This document shows, in pieces, positions 42,921 through 52,671 of a stretch of 64,000 nucleotides of DNA (its first letter is position 1; every line of letters begins with the position of its first letter). The position numbers and the translations under genes were made by a program. The stretch lies in contig JBIJDH010000018.1 of assembly GCA_044344255.1 (NCBI GenBank), forward strand, positions 32,001 to 96,000. The letters are read 5' to 3'. The notes under the pieces are model-generated. The model was not told the origin of the DNA and did no database searches. It saw nothing but the letters and a program-made list of their open reading frames with translations. This DNA is from Myxococcota bacterium (GTDB lineage Bacteria; Myxococcota_A; UBA796; UBA2385).

Positions 42921-43907
42921 TCAGCCCGAACGACGTGCCGTGGGGGGGCCCGCCCAGGCCGCGGCGCGGGCCCAGGCTCGATGCAGCTCATCGGCGTGGA
43001 AGGCGCACCAGTAGTAGCTCATCGTGATCCAGGAGAAGGGTCCGAGCTCGAGCAGCACCCAGAGGCTGAGGTGGAAGACCACCCCGAGGGCGATGTAGAG
43101 GGAGCGCAGGTCGAGGCGGTTGAAGGTGGCCCGCAGCCAGCCAGCGCGCTCGCGGGTAGCCCGGTACCAGAAGGCGAGGAGCACGATCGGCCAGCTCACC
43201 TCCCAGTGCCAGGCCACCGCCGTGCCCACCTGGGTGAGGGGGAAGACCCAGCCCACCCAGCCGACGCTCCAGCGGCGCCAGCTCGGCAGCAGCAGGGCGT
43301 CGTAGAGGGCCTCGTAGTGGCCCCACGGGAACCACTCGCTGCCCACCTTCTGGATCCCGGTGAAGCCGTAGACCAGGGCGAGCTGAAATACGGCGAGGTA
43401 GCGGGGCCAGGTGGGGACAGGCAGGCGGTCTGTCCATCGGCCGCTGCGGAGCCGACAGTCGAGGGAGAGGGTCTGTGTCGCCGGGGAGAGGAACAGCAGC
43501 CAGAGGGCGTTGGTGATGAGCTTGTCGTGCCCGCCGCCGGTGCCCTGATCGAGGCTGAAGAGGGCGTTGCAGACCTGGAGCGTGAACAGGGCGGGCCAGC
43601 GCCCGAGCAGCCCCAGCGCCACCGTGGCCCCGCCGAGGATCGCCGTGGCGACGAGGCCGTGTACGACTTCAGCGGTGGCGCCGCCGAGCAGCGAGATGAG
43701 CCAGTGGCCCTCCGAGGGGTCGCGCACGCCGCCGTCGGCCACGCGCGTCCAGACGGGGGCAACGGCGTCGAGGCGGAGCGCGCTCGCGAAGGTGACCGTG
43801 ATCACGAGGCCCACGCTCAGCCGAAAGAGGGCGAGCGGGGTGGCGGGCTCCTCGGTGGCGAGGCGCCGGCAGAGGCGCGTCCAGGCGCCTGCGTGGGGGG
43901 CGCTCAT
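42921..43907 (-). CDS. HTTM domain membrane protein
   Basis: LALFRL, LSLD, WPRYLAVFQLALVY..GIQK...W and GVVFHL. Confidence 0.8.
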   Translation of the reverse strand: MSAPHAGAWTRLCRRLATEEPATPLALFRLSVGLVITVTFASALRLDAVAPVWTRVADGGVRDPSEGHWLISLLGGATAEVVHGLVATAILGGATVALGLLGRWPALFTLQVCNALFSLDQGTGGGHDKLITNALWLLFLSPATQTLSLDCRLRSGRWTDRLPVPTWPRYLAVFQLALVYGFTGIQKVGSEWFPWGHYEALYDALLLPSWRRWSVGWVGWVFPLTQVGTAVAWHWEVSWPIVLLAFWYRATRERAGWLRATFNRLDLRSLYIALGVVFHLSLWVLLELGPFSWITMSYYWCAFHADELHRAWARAAAWAGPPTARRSG

Positions 43908-44626
43908 CGGTCGGCCTGGCCGCGGAGGCGGTCGAGGCTCCGCTCTTCGGGCCAATAGACCGCGTCCTCGCGCAGCGCCCCGGTCGCGCGCAGCTCGGCG
44001 GGCGGCGGGATGCGCATCGACACCATCTGCGCCTTGAGGGCGGTGGCCTCGGGGAAGTCGGCCGCCGCGGCCCCGGCGAGCCAATCGACCCACGGACCCC
44101 AGCCGGAGTGGCCGCGCCGCCAGGAGAAGTTGTTAACCAGCGTGCGGATTCGCTCTTCATCGAGCTGCCGGGCCCGCCAGTCGAGCTCGGGGTCGCGTGA
44201 GCGGTAGATGAGGCGCCAGCCGTCGGCCGACGGGGGATCGGAGCTCTGTCCACCGACTGCTCCGCGGACGTAGACCTCAAGGCGGCCCGGGTGGAGGTTG
44301 GCGATGCCGAACATCGTCCAGCCCTGCTCGACCCCCGCGATGCGCTCGTAGGGGCGGAAGGGGGAGAGGAGCGTCCGTCGCACCGCCTGGAGTGACCTCG
44401 CGTGTTGATAGACCGACTCGCTGAGGGCCTCGACGGAGGTGGGTTGGCCGAGCGCCCCGAGCACGCGGGCGCCGGCCTCCATCGTCTCGACCAGGCTCGG
44501 CTTGCGCAGCCCCTTCCGGGTGACCTCTCCGGGCGAGGGCACCGCCAGGAGCGTGACCGCGGCCACGTGGAAGAGCACGAAGGCCGCGTGCAGGTGGTCG
44601 CGGAGCCGGAGGGGCGGGGGGGACAT
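43904..44626 (-). CDS. HTTM partner protein (DUF5819/SdpA-like)
   Basis: N-terminal TM, Y.....EQGWTMF motif; ATGA coupled to the HTTM gene. Confidence 0.6.
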   Translation of the reverse strand: MSPPPLRLRDHLHAAFVLFHVAAVTLLAVPSPGEVTRKGLRKPSLVETMEAGARVLGALGQPTSVEALSESVYQHARSLQAVRRTLLSPFRPYERIAGVEQGWTMFGIANLHPGRLEVYVRGAVGGQSSDPPSADGWRLIYRSRDPELDWRARQLDEERIRTLVNNFSWRRGHSGWGPWVDWLAGAAAADFPEATALKAQMVSMRIPPPAELRATGALREDAVYWPEERSLDRLRGQADR

Positions 44627-44686
44627 GGTCGGTGGCTTAACGCTGACCCGCCTCCCTCGCCGCGCCGGTGGCCCGCGGGGCCGTCG

Positions 44687-46171
44687 TCAGGGGGCCTTGC
44701 TCTTCCCCTTTTGGCTCGGTGCTTTCCCTCGGGCCTCGAGGGGCACGTCGACCAGGACCTGCCCGCCCCGGCGCTGCACCACGAGGAGGGCGCCCTCTCC
44801 CGCGCCGCGGAGGGCGGCGCTCAGGTCTGCGGCGGAGGAGACGTCCTTCTGGTTGACCTCGAGGATGACGTCGCCGGGGCGGAGGAGGCCGGCGGCGGCG
44901 CTGCCCGTCTCGACGCTCGTCACGAGCAGGCCACCGCCGCGCGCCTCGCCGACCGACCGCACGGAGATGCCGAGCTCACGGCCCTCCTGGGGGGTCTTGT
45001 CCTCGGGTTGCTCCGGCGCGGTCCGCCAGCTCTCGCTCGCGAGGGCCTCCTCTTCGGGGCGCTGGCCAAGCTGGACGGAGACGTCCTTCGCCTTGCCTTC
45101 GCGGAGGAGCCCGAGCTTGACGGTCTCCCCGGGGCGGTGACCGCCGATCGCCCGCACGAGGGCGTCGCTCTCGGTGACGGGCTGGCCGTCGATGCTGGTG
45201 AGGACGTCGCCCGCTCGGAGGCCGGCGTCGGCGGCGGGGGTCTTCGGATAGACCTGCTGGAGCACCACGCCCTTGTCAATGTCGAGCTGGAGGCGGCGCT
45301 TGAGGTCAGGGTCGAGGTTCGTGAGGCCCACCCCGATCCAGCCCCGGTTGACCTTGCCGTCCGATTGAAGGGCATCGACGATGTCCTTCACCATGTCGAT
45401 CGGCACTGCGAAGCCGATACCCTGTCCGACCGAGCTCACCGCCGTGTTCATCCCCACCACCTCTCCGTCCAGGTTGAACAGGGGGCCGCCCGAGTTCCCG
45501 GGGTTGATGCTGGCGTCGGTCTGGATGAAGTCGTCGTAGGGGCCAGCGCCGATCACCCGGCCCTTGGCGGAGACGATCCCGGCAGTGACGGTGTGATCGA
45601 GGCCGAATGGATTGCCGATGGCTACGACCCAGTCGCCCACCCGGAGGTCCTTCGAAGAGCCGAGGGGCACGGTGGGCAGGCCCTTGGTGTCGATCTTGAC
45701 GAGGGCGATGTCGGTGCGGTCGTCCTTCCCGATGACCTTGCCATCGAAGCTGCGGCCGTCGCTGAGCTTGACCGTGACCTCGTCGGCGTCGGCGATCACG
45801 TGGTTGTTGGTGATGATGTTGCCGTCGCTCGAGATGATGAAGCCCGAGCCGAGGCCCTGTCGGGTCTGATAGCCCTGCTCGTCTTCCTCACCACCGTAGG
45901 GGTGACCCGGCGCGCCGGGGAAGCCGAAGCCGAAGGGGGACATCTGTCGGCGATCTACCTTGACCTTCTGCTTGATCTCAAGGTTCACCACCGCCGGGCC
46001 CAGCCGGTCGACCAGGGGGGCGAGGCTGTGGTTCGGGTCATAGGTCGTCGGGGACAGGGGCGCGGCCTCACCGGCGTGCGCGCGGCTGCTCCACACGTCG
46101 GAGACCGCGAGGAGGCCCCCGCCGAGGGCCACCCCGGTGAAGAGGACGGCGACTGACTTGAGAGAGGACAT
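44687..46171 (-). CDS. htrA: HtrA/DegP (Do) serine protease with two PDZ domains
   Basis: TNNHV, DIAL and TDASINPGNSGG catalytic triad motifs. Confidence 0.95.
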   Translation of the reverse strand: MSSLKSVAVLFTGVALGGGLLAVSDVWSSRAHAGEAAPLSPTTYDPNHSLAPLVDRLGPAVVNLEIKQKVKVDRRQMSPFGFGFPGAPGHPYGGEEDEQGYQTRQGLGSGFIISSDGNIITNNHVIADADEVTVKLSDGRSFDGKVIGKDDRTDIALVKIDTKGLPTVPLGSSKDLRVGDWVVAIGNPFGLDHTVTAGIVSAKGRVIGAGPYDDFIQTDASINPGNSGGPLFNLDGEVVGMNTAVSSVGQGIGFAVPIDMVKDIVDALQSDGKVNRGWIGVGLTNLDPDLKRRLQLDIDKGVVLQQVYPKTPAADAGLRAGDVLTSIDGQPVTESDALVRAIGGHRPGETVKLGLLREGKAKDVSVQLGQRPEEEALASESWRTAPEQPEDKTPQEGRELGISVRSVGEARGGGLLVTSVETGSAAAGLLRPGDVILEVNQKDVSSAADLSAALRGAGEGALLVVQRRGGQVLVDVPLEARGKAPSQKGKSKAP

Positions 46172-46348
46172 GAGCTTCGATCACCTCTTGGCGACGGGCG
46201 CGGGGATGGGCGGACACGGTCCAGCCGAGGTACCCACCCGCCGACCGCGCGGCGGGGAGCGCCCCTCGGCTCCACCCTCCCCCAACACAGCGCCCTCGGG
46301 GACCCTTCCCGCCCTCGGGGACCTTTCCCCGAGCCGCTCAGGGGGCGC

Positions 46349-49300
46349 TCAGGGCCGCCGTCGCCGCCGCAGCGCCGCGAGCCCGAGCGCGAGCCAGCCG
46401 AGCGAGAGCGGGCCGGAGCTCACCGAGCAGCTCTTGGAGGTGCCGGCCTCGTCGTCGTCGGACTTCCCGCAGCCCTTCCCCCCGGGGCCGCCGCCGTCGC
46501 CGCCGTCGCCACCGCCGCTGCCGCCCTCGGCGTTGGCCGAGCCCGGCGTGGGGCCCATGCTGACCAGGTCGACCGCGTTGTCGTTCGAGTCCTCGCCGTC
46601 GGGGTACCGCCCGAAGGTGAAGCCCTCCTCGGGGAGGGGGCCGAAGGTCGAGCCGCCCGCGTCGTCCAGGAGCTCGGTGTCCTCGACGGGATCGCCCGTC
46701 TGGCCCCACAGCACCGTGTCTTGCACGGCGGGCTCGGCCTGACAGTCGAGGAGGCGGGCGCCGTCGGGGGCCGAGGAGGCGTTGCCGATCGGCGAGGCGG
46801 TCGACCACTGGTACTCGGTCTCGACGAAGGAGCCGCCCACGAGCACGAACTCGCCCGGGCCGATGTTGACGTTGCTCGGGAAGGTGTAGGTGTCCCCCCA
46901 GGAGGAGGAGGCGGTCTCGAGGATCCAGCCGTCGAGGGCCACGCTCTCGGAGCCGGTGTTGAAGAGCTCGATGAACTCCTGGTCGGAGTCGGTGCCCTCG
47001 GGGTTCGGATAGACCTCGTTGATCTTGACGACGCCGGTGCCGGGCACGCAGGGGCGACAGGTCGGGTTGTCTTCGCCGGGGCTCGGGGCGTCGAAGTTCG
47101 AGAAGTCGTCGCCGGACTGGTCGGTGTCGAGCCCGTCCGTGCAGCGGCCGATGGAGACGCCCACCTCGGGGTCGGGGGCGAGAGAGGTGGTCACCTCGCC
47201 GGAGTCGTCCTCCCAGTCGCCGTCGTTCGTGCCACCGTAGATGACGGTGTCGGCGGCGAGGCCGTTACAGTCGGTGAGCAGGAGGCCGTCGGCCGAGGAG
47301 GGGCCGGCGTTGCCCATGTCGAGGGCGTCCGACACGCCGCCGGTGTCGCCGTCGGGCTCGACGACGACGTAGTCGGCCTCGGGCACGAGGGTGCCGCCGA
47401 TGACCACGAAGGCCCCGGCCGACAGCGTGGCCCCCTCTGGGAAGGTGTAGCTGTTCGTGGCCGACTCGAAGTTGGAGGTGCCCCACCAGACCGTCCAGCC
47501 AGAGAGGCTGACGCTGGCGCCGCTCGTGTTCATGAGCTCGATCCACTCGGCGCCGGTGTCGCCGCCCTCGCTGTTGGGATCGGGCATGAATTCGTTGATC
47601 TTGATGGCGTCGTGGCCGTCACAGGCCGGGATGTCGTTGGTGAGGCCCGGGGTGGGGTTTGGGAAGGTGCGGAAGTCGATCGCGCTGTCGTTCGTGTCGA
47701 CGCCGTCGCTGTTTCGGCCCACCGACTGGCCGCTGTTGGAGCTCGCCTTCGGGGCGAGCTGCTCGTCGGGGCAGATGGCGTCGTCGTCGTCGGCGAAGTT
47801 GTCCTCATCGACGTTCTTCGTGCCATAGAGGACGGTGTCGACCGGATCGGCGTTGCAGTCGACGAGGCGGAGCGCGTCGGCGTTGCTGCTCGCGTTCGTG
47901 AGCGCGAGGCTCTCGGCGATGAGGTCGGCCTCGGCGACGAACTCCTCGCCGATGACGAGGTAGTCGCCGGCGGAGAGGGTGACCGCCCCGAAGGCGTAGG
48001 TGCTGGCGTCGGAGAGGTCGGTGCCGTCCCACTGGAGCTGCCAGTCGGCGAGGTCTACGTCGGCGCCGCCGCTGTTGTAGAGCTCGACCCAGTGGAAGCC
48101 GGTCTCGGACTCCTCGGCGGGGTCAGCGAAGAATTCGTTGACGGTGATGAACTCCTGGCCGTCACATTCCCGCGGCGGCACGGTGTTGGTAGCGCCGGGG
48201 GTGGGCGAAGAGAGGGCGCTCCAGTCGGCGGAGGAGTCGTCGGTGTCGACGCCGTCCTCGGTGCGGCCGAGCGACCGGTCGTCGGAGGGCTTGGGGGCGG
48301 CGTCCTCGGGGATGGTGCCGTCGTCTTCGGGCCAGAGGTCGGTGTTGGAGTTGCCGTAGATGACGGTGTCGACCACCGCGCCGGTGCAGTCGAGGAGCTG
48401 GAGGCCGTCGCCGCCCGAGGTGCCGTTCGTGAGGTCGATGTCGACCACGTAGTCGGCGTCGGTGACCATATCGCCGCCGAGCACCACCCACTGCCCGGGG
48501 AGGAGCTCGTGGTTGGGAAAGGGGTCCGAGGCGTGAAGCGTGGTGCTGTCGGGGGTGGTCTTCGTGACCACCGACCAGCCCTCGATGTTCACCGGGCTGC
48601 TGCCGGGGTTGTAGAGCTCCACCCACTCGTAGCTGCCCTCGGGGTCCGAGGCGGAGGCGGCGATGAACTCATTGACGACGAGCTCGCCGGACTCACAGGT
48701 GCCCGACGTGCCGGTGTCGCCCCCCGACGAGCCGGTGGGGTTGCTCGTGCCTGGGGTGCCGGCGTCGCCGTCGATGAAGTCGACCGAGGCGTCGTCGGTG
48801 TCCAGGCAGTCAGCGCTGCGGGCGAGGGTGTGGCCCTCGGCGAGGTCGGAGGCGAAGCTCGTGCCGGCGACGCCGAGGTCATCGAAGAGCCCATTGGTGT
48901 TCGGCGAGTCGTAGAGCAGGGTGTCGAGGACGTCGCCAGAGGGGGCGACGATGCGCAGGCCGTCGGTGTCGCTGCCGCCGTTGGGCAGGTTCGGCGTGAA
49001 GGTGACGGCGAGGGAGCTCGACCCCGCTCCCACCAGGAGGAGGCCGCCCGCCGGCACCGTGCCGCTGGTGAAGGTGTAGCTGGGGCTCCAGGAGGAGCCA
49101 GCGCTCTCGAGGGTGAAGCCCGTGAGATCCTGATCGGTGGAGCCCGGGTTGCAGAGCTCGATCCACTCCATCCCGCCGTCGGCGCCGGTGGGGTCGTAGA
49201 GCACCTCGTTGATCTTGATCTCCTCGGTGGTGGCCGGCGTGCCCGTGTCGACGGGGGTGCCCGTGTCGACCGGGGCCTCGGGGTTAGCTGCGCCCGGCGT

Positions 49301-49807
49301 GCCCACGGCGCCGTCGAGGAAGTCGAGGGCCGAGTCGTTCGTGTCGCTGCAGTTCACCGCGCGGGCGAGGCTCGCGCCCTCCGAGGTGTCGGCGGCGAAG
49401 CTCGTGCCGGTGATGCCGAGGTCATCGAGGAGGCTGTTCGTGTTCGGCGTGTCGAAGAGCAGGGTGTCGACCACCGCGCCGGTGCTGTCCATCAGGCGGA
49501 GGCCGTCGGTGTCCGAGCCGCCGTTCTGGAGGTTGGGCGAGAAGGTGATCGCGTGGGTGGCCGACCCCCCGCCGACGAGCAGGTAGCCCCCCGCGGGCAC
49601 GGTGCCTGCGGTGAAGGTGTAGGCGCTGCTCCAGCTCGTCCCGGCGGTCTGTATCTTCCAGCCGGTGACGTCCTGGTCGACCGCCCCGGCGTTGCAGAGC
49701 TCCACCCACTCGGCCCCGGCGTCCGTGCCCGTGGGATCGTACATCACCTCGTTGATCAGGATGTCCGAGGCGTAGACCGCGAGCAACGAGGGCAGGAGCA
49801 GGATCAT
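46349..49807 (-). CDS. Surface protein with six lamin-tail domains and MYXO-CTERM-like tail
   Basis: Six (I/V)NE...(W/F)(I/V)EL.N...W/F repeats; C-terminal KSCSV + TM + RRRRR. Confidence 0.85.
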   Translation of the reverse strand: MILLLPSLLAVYASDILINEVMYDPTGTDAGAEWVELCNAGAVDQDVTGWKIQTAGTSWSSAYTFTAGTVPAGGYLLVGGGSATHAITFSPNLQNGGSDTDGLRLMDSTGAVVDTLLFDTPNTNSLLDDLGITGTSFAADTSEGASLARAVNCSDTNDSALDFLDGAVGTPGAANPEAPVDTGTPVDTGTPATTEEIKINEVLYDPTGADGGMEWIELCNPGSTDQDLTGFTLESAGSSWSPSYTFTSGTVPAGGLLLVGAGSSSLAVTFTPNLPNGGSDTDGLRIVAPSGDVLDTLLYDSPNTNGLFDDLGVAGTSFASDLAEGHTLARSADCLDTDDASVDFIDGDAGTPGTSNPTGSSGGDTGTSGTCESGELVVNEFIAASASDPEGSYEWVELYNPGSSPVNIEGWSVVTKTTPDSTTLHASDPFPNHELLPGQWVVLGGDMVTDADYVVDIDLTNGTSGGDGLQLLDCTGAVVDTVIYGNSNTDLWPEDDGTIPEDAAPKPSDDRSLGRTEDGVDTDDSSADWSALSSPTPGATNTVPPRECDGQEFITVNEFFADPAEESETGFHWVELYNSGGADVDLADWQLQWDGTDLSDASTYAFGAVTLSAGDYLVIGEEFVAEADLIAESLALTNASSNADALRLVDCNADPVDTVLYGTKNVDEDNFADDDDAICPDEQLAPKASSNSGQSVGRNSDGVDTNDSAIDFRTFPNPTPGLTNDIPACDGHDAIKINEFMPDPNSEGGDTGAEWIELMNTSGASVSLSGWTVWWGTSNFESATNSYTFPEGATLSAGAFVVIGGTLVPEADYVVVEPDGDTGGVSDALDMGNAGPSSADGLLLTDCNGLAADTVIYGGTNDGDWEDDSGEVTTSLAPDPEVGVSIGRCTDGLDTDQSGDDFSNFDAPSPGEDNPTCRPCVPGTGVVKINEVYPNPEGTDSDQEFIELFNTGSESVALDGWILETASSSWGDTYTFPSNVNIGPGEFVLVGGSFVETEYQWSTASPIGNASSAPDGARLLDCQAEPAVQDTVLWGQTGDPVEDTELLDDAGGSTFGPLPEEGFTFGRYPDGEDSNDNAVDLVSMGPTPGSANAEGGSGGGDGGDGGGPGGKGCGKSDDDEAGTSKSCSVSSGPLSLGWLALGLAALRRRRRP

Positions 49808-49916
49808 GGGCTCTCCATCCGAGGCGCGCGGAGTCTACCCCGGCGGGAGCTCACCCGGGTGACAGGCCGGTGGCGCGGCGTGCCCCAGGCACCGGCCTGG
49901 GCTATCGGCGCGCCCG

Positions 49917-50804
49917 ATGCCCGCCCCGCGCCCGCCGCCCCGCGCCCTCTTCACGCTGCTCGTGGTGCAGCTCCTCTTCGGGACGCTCGGCCCGGTGGGC
50001 AAGGTCGCGATGCCGGTCTTCGGCGCCTCGGGCATCGCGCTCGCGCGGATCGCGGGCGGTGCCCTCGTCTTCGGGGCGCTGCGGGCGCTCTTCTCGCTCC
50101 CGCGGGTGCCGCGCGAGCACCAGCTCCGCCTCGCCCTCTGCGCGGTGGTGGGCATCGCCGGCAACCAGCTCCTCTTCCTGGCGGGCCTCTCCCGCACGAG
50201 CTCCATCCACGCCACCCTCATCGTCACCACCACGCCGGTCTTCACGATGCTGCTGGCGGCGCTCATCGACGGCGAGCGGCCCACTCCGCGCACCATCGGC
50301 GGGGTGACGCTCTCCCTGTCGGGGGTGGCCCTCCTCCTGAGCCCGGGGCTGGGAGCGGGCTCGCTGGTGGGTGACCTGCTGGTCCTCGCCAACACCGCCC
50401 TCTACTCGCTCTACCTCGTCTGCAGCCGGCCCTTGTTGAAGGCCCTGCCGCCGCTCTCGGTGGCGGCGGGGCTCTTTGCCTGGGGTGTGCCCTGGGTGTT
50501 GTTGGCCTCGGCGCTTACGGGCGCGGCGCCCTCCCTCGGGGGCCTCGCCGGCTTCGCCGTGCCGCCGGCCGCCGGCTGGGCCCTCGCCTGGATCGTGCTC
50601 GGCCCCACGGTGGGCACCTACTTGCTCAACCTCGTCGCCCTGCGCAGCGTGCCCGCGACCTTGGTCGGCCTGTTCATCGCGCTCCAGCCTTTCGTGGCCG
50701 CGGCCATCGCCATCCCCCTGCTCGGCGAGGAGCCGGGCCTGCGAGAGGTCGCCGCCGCCTGCCTCTCGGTGGCCGGCATCGCGCTCGCGAGCCTCCGGCG
50801 CTGA
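49917..50804 (+). CDS. EamA/DMT family transporter
   Basis: About ten TMs in two repeats; GDLLVL, LQP and LLGE motifs. Confidence 0.88.
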   Translation: MPAPRPPPRALFTLLVVQLLFGTLGPVGKVAMPVFGASGIALARIAGGALVFGALRALFSLPRVPREHQLRLALCAVVGIAGNQLLFLAGLSRTSSIHATLIVTTTPVFTMLLAALIDGERPTPRTIGGVTLSLSGVALLLSPGLGAGSLVGDLLVLANTALYSLYLVCSRPLLKALPPLSVAAGLFAWGVPWVLLASALTGAAPSLGGLAGFAVPPAAGWALAWIVLGPTVGTYLLNLVALRSVPATLVGLFIALQPFVAAAIAIPLLGEEPGLREVAAACLSVAGIALASLRR

Positions 50805-51496
50805 TGGCCGACCTCGCGCGCGTGCTCGATCGGGTGCGGAAGCTCCTCGCCCTCGCCACGTCGAGCAACGTCTTCGAGGCCGCGGAGGCCGCCGCCCAGG
50901 CCCAGGCCCTGATCGACCGGCACCGCCTGGAGTCCTTGCTGCAGGAGCAGGTCGAGGCGCCGATCACCGACGGGGCCGAGTCCCCCCTCGAGCGGGCGCG
51001 GCGGCCGCGGGTCTGGCGCTCGGTGCTCGCCGCCGGCCTCGCCGAGGCCAACGGCTGCCTCGCCTGGTCGACCGTGCGAGGGGGAGAGACCGAGCTCTGC
51101 ATCCTCGGCCGGGAGGGCGATCGTGCAGTCGTGGTGGCCCTCTTCGAGTGGCTGGCCCCTCGGATCGAGTGGCTCTCGGCCACCCACGCACCAGGGCGGG
51201 ACCGCGCCTACCACGACGCCTTCCGTGTCGGTGCGGCGGGCGCCGTCGTGGAGCGGCTCCGGAGCCCACCCGACTCCCCGGAGGTGAGCCCCGAGGACGC
51301 GGCGCTGGTGCGGGTCAATGAGGCGCTGGCCGCCCGTCGGGCCGCCGTGGAGGCCTTCGCCGAGGCGCGGCTTGGCCCGGCGCGGGGCCGCGGGCTCCGC
51401 CTCGACGCCCGCGCCTACGCCCGGGGGCGGGCCCGCGCCGCGGAGCTGAGCCTGCCCTCGCGGGAAGGCGGGCTCCAGCGGCGCGGCGGTCGCTGA
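50804..51496 (+). CDS. DUF2786 domain protein
   Basis: VLDRVRKLLALATSSNVFEAAEAAAQAQALIDRH N-terminal motif. Confidence 0.8.
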   Translation: MADLARVLDRVRKLLALATSSNVFEAAEAAAQAQALIDRHRLESLLQEQVEAPITDGAESPLERARRPRVWRSVLAAGLAEANGCLAWSTVRGGETELCILGREGDRAVVVALFEWLAPRIEWLSATHAPGRDRAYHDAFRVGAAGAVVERLRSPPDSPEVSPEDAALVRVNEALAARRAAVEAFAEARLGPARGRGLRLDARAYARGRARAAELSLPSREGGLQRRGGR

Positions 51497-51529
51497 CGCC
51501 CCCGCGCTCGGGGCGGGAGCGGGCGCCGC

Positions 51530-51670
51530 CTACTTGCCCTTGCCCTTGTTTCCGGGCACGGCGGGAGTGGGCGCCGCCTGCTTCTTGTCGTGCGCGGCCT
51601 GGTTGGCGCTGCGCTGGACCTCGCCCTGTTTCTTGGTCTTCGCCTGGGACTTGGGGTTCTTGTCGCCCAT
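51530..51670 (-). CDS. Small basic protein (46 aa)
   Basis: MGDKNPKSQAKTKKQGEVQRSANQAAHDKKQAAPTPAVPGNKGKGK*, GAAGG upstream, strong GC3 bias; below the ORF-track cutoff. Confidence 0.7.
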   Translation of the reverse strand: MGDKNPKSQAKTKKQGEVQRSANQAAHDKKQAAPTPAVPGNKGKGK

Positions 51671-51837
51671 GGGGAGCCACCTTCTGTGTCGCGTTTGGAC
51701 TGGGGGGCCGGGAGGCTGCGAAGGTCCGCCGGGCAGGGGAGCGGCTCGAAGCTCGACCCTCCCCGGAGGTGGGTAAGCACGGTCGCCGGGCAGACCAGCC
51801 CGGCCGCGTTAGTCGGCGCCTCCCTCCCAGGCCCGCC

Positions 51838-52671
51838 ATGCCGATCCACTGGTTCCCCGGCCACATGGCCACCGCTCGTCGGGAGATCCGAAAGGCGATG
51901 CCCGAGGTCTCCCTCGTCATCGAGGTGGTAGACGCGCGCATCCCCTTCAGCAGCGAGAACCCGCTGGTGGCGGAGCTCCGAGGCGATAAGCCCCGCATCC
52001 AGATCTTGAACAAGGCCGATCTCGCAGACCCCGCGGTCACCGCCCTGTGGCTGGCCGCGACCGCCGCGAGCCCCCGCTCGGCGGCGATCACCCACTCGCT
52101 CGGCCAGAGCGGGATCCTCGGGCCGGTGATGAGCCTCGCCCGCAGTATGGTCCCCCTCGATCCCACCGGCCCGATGGTGGCGATGATCGTGGGCATCCCG
52201 AACGTGGGCAAGTCCACCCTCATCAACACGCTCGCCGGGCGCATCATCGCCAAGACCGGCAACAAGCCGGCGGTCACCCAGATGCAGCAGCGGGTGAGGG
52301 TGAGCCCCGCGCTCGTGCTGCTCGATACGCCGGGCTTCCTCTGGCACAAGCTCAGCCCGGAGGCCTGCGGCTACCGCCTCGCGGTGACGGGCGCCATCTC
52401 GGACCGCGTGGTGGACTACCGCGACATCGCGGGCTTTGCAGCGCGCTTCTTGCGGGAGCGTTACCCCGATGCCCTCGCCACGGCCTACGGGATCACCGAG
52501 CCCCCGCTCGAAGACGAGGCCCTGCTCGAGGCGATCGGCCGCCGCCGCGGCTTCCTCGTGAAGGGGGGCGGCGTCGACCTCCAGCGCGCCGCCGAGCGGC
52601 TCATCCAGGACCTCCGCGCAGGGGTCCTCGGGCGCATCAGCCTCGAGACGCCGGCCGACGCTTCGGGATGA
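51838..52671 (+). CDS. rbgA: Ribosome biogenesis GTPase RbgA/YlqF
   Basis: IHWFPGHM, DARIP, NKADL, GIPNVGKST and DTPG (circularly permuted GTPase). Confidence 0.93.
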   Translation: MPIHWFPGHMATARREIRKAMPEVSLVIEVVDARIPFSSENPLVAELRGDKPRIQILNKADLADPAVTALWLAATAASPRSAAITHSLGQSGILGPVMSLARSMVPLDPTGPMVAMIVGIPNVGKSTLINTLAGRIIAKTGNKPAVTQMQQRVRVSPALVLLDTPGFLWHKLSPEACGYRLAVTGAISDRVVDYRDIAGFAARFLRERYPDALATAYGITEPPLEDEALLEAIGRRRGFLVKGGGVDLQRAAERLIQDLRAGVLGRISLETPADASG

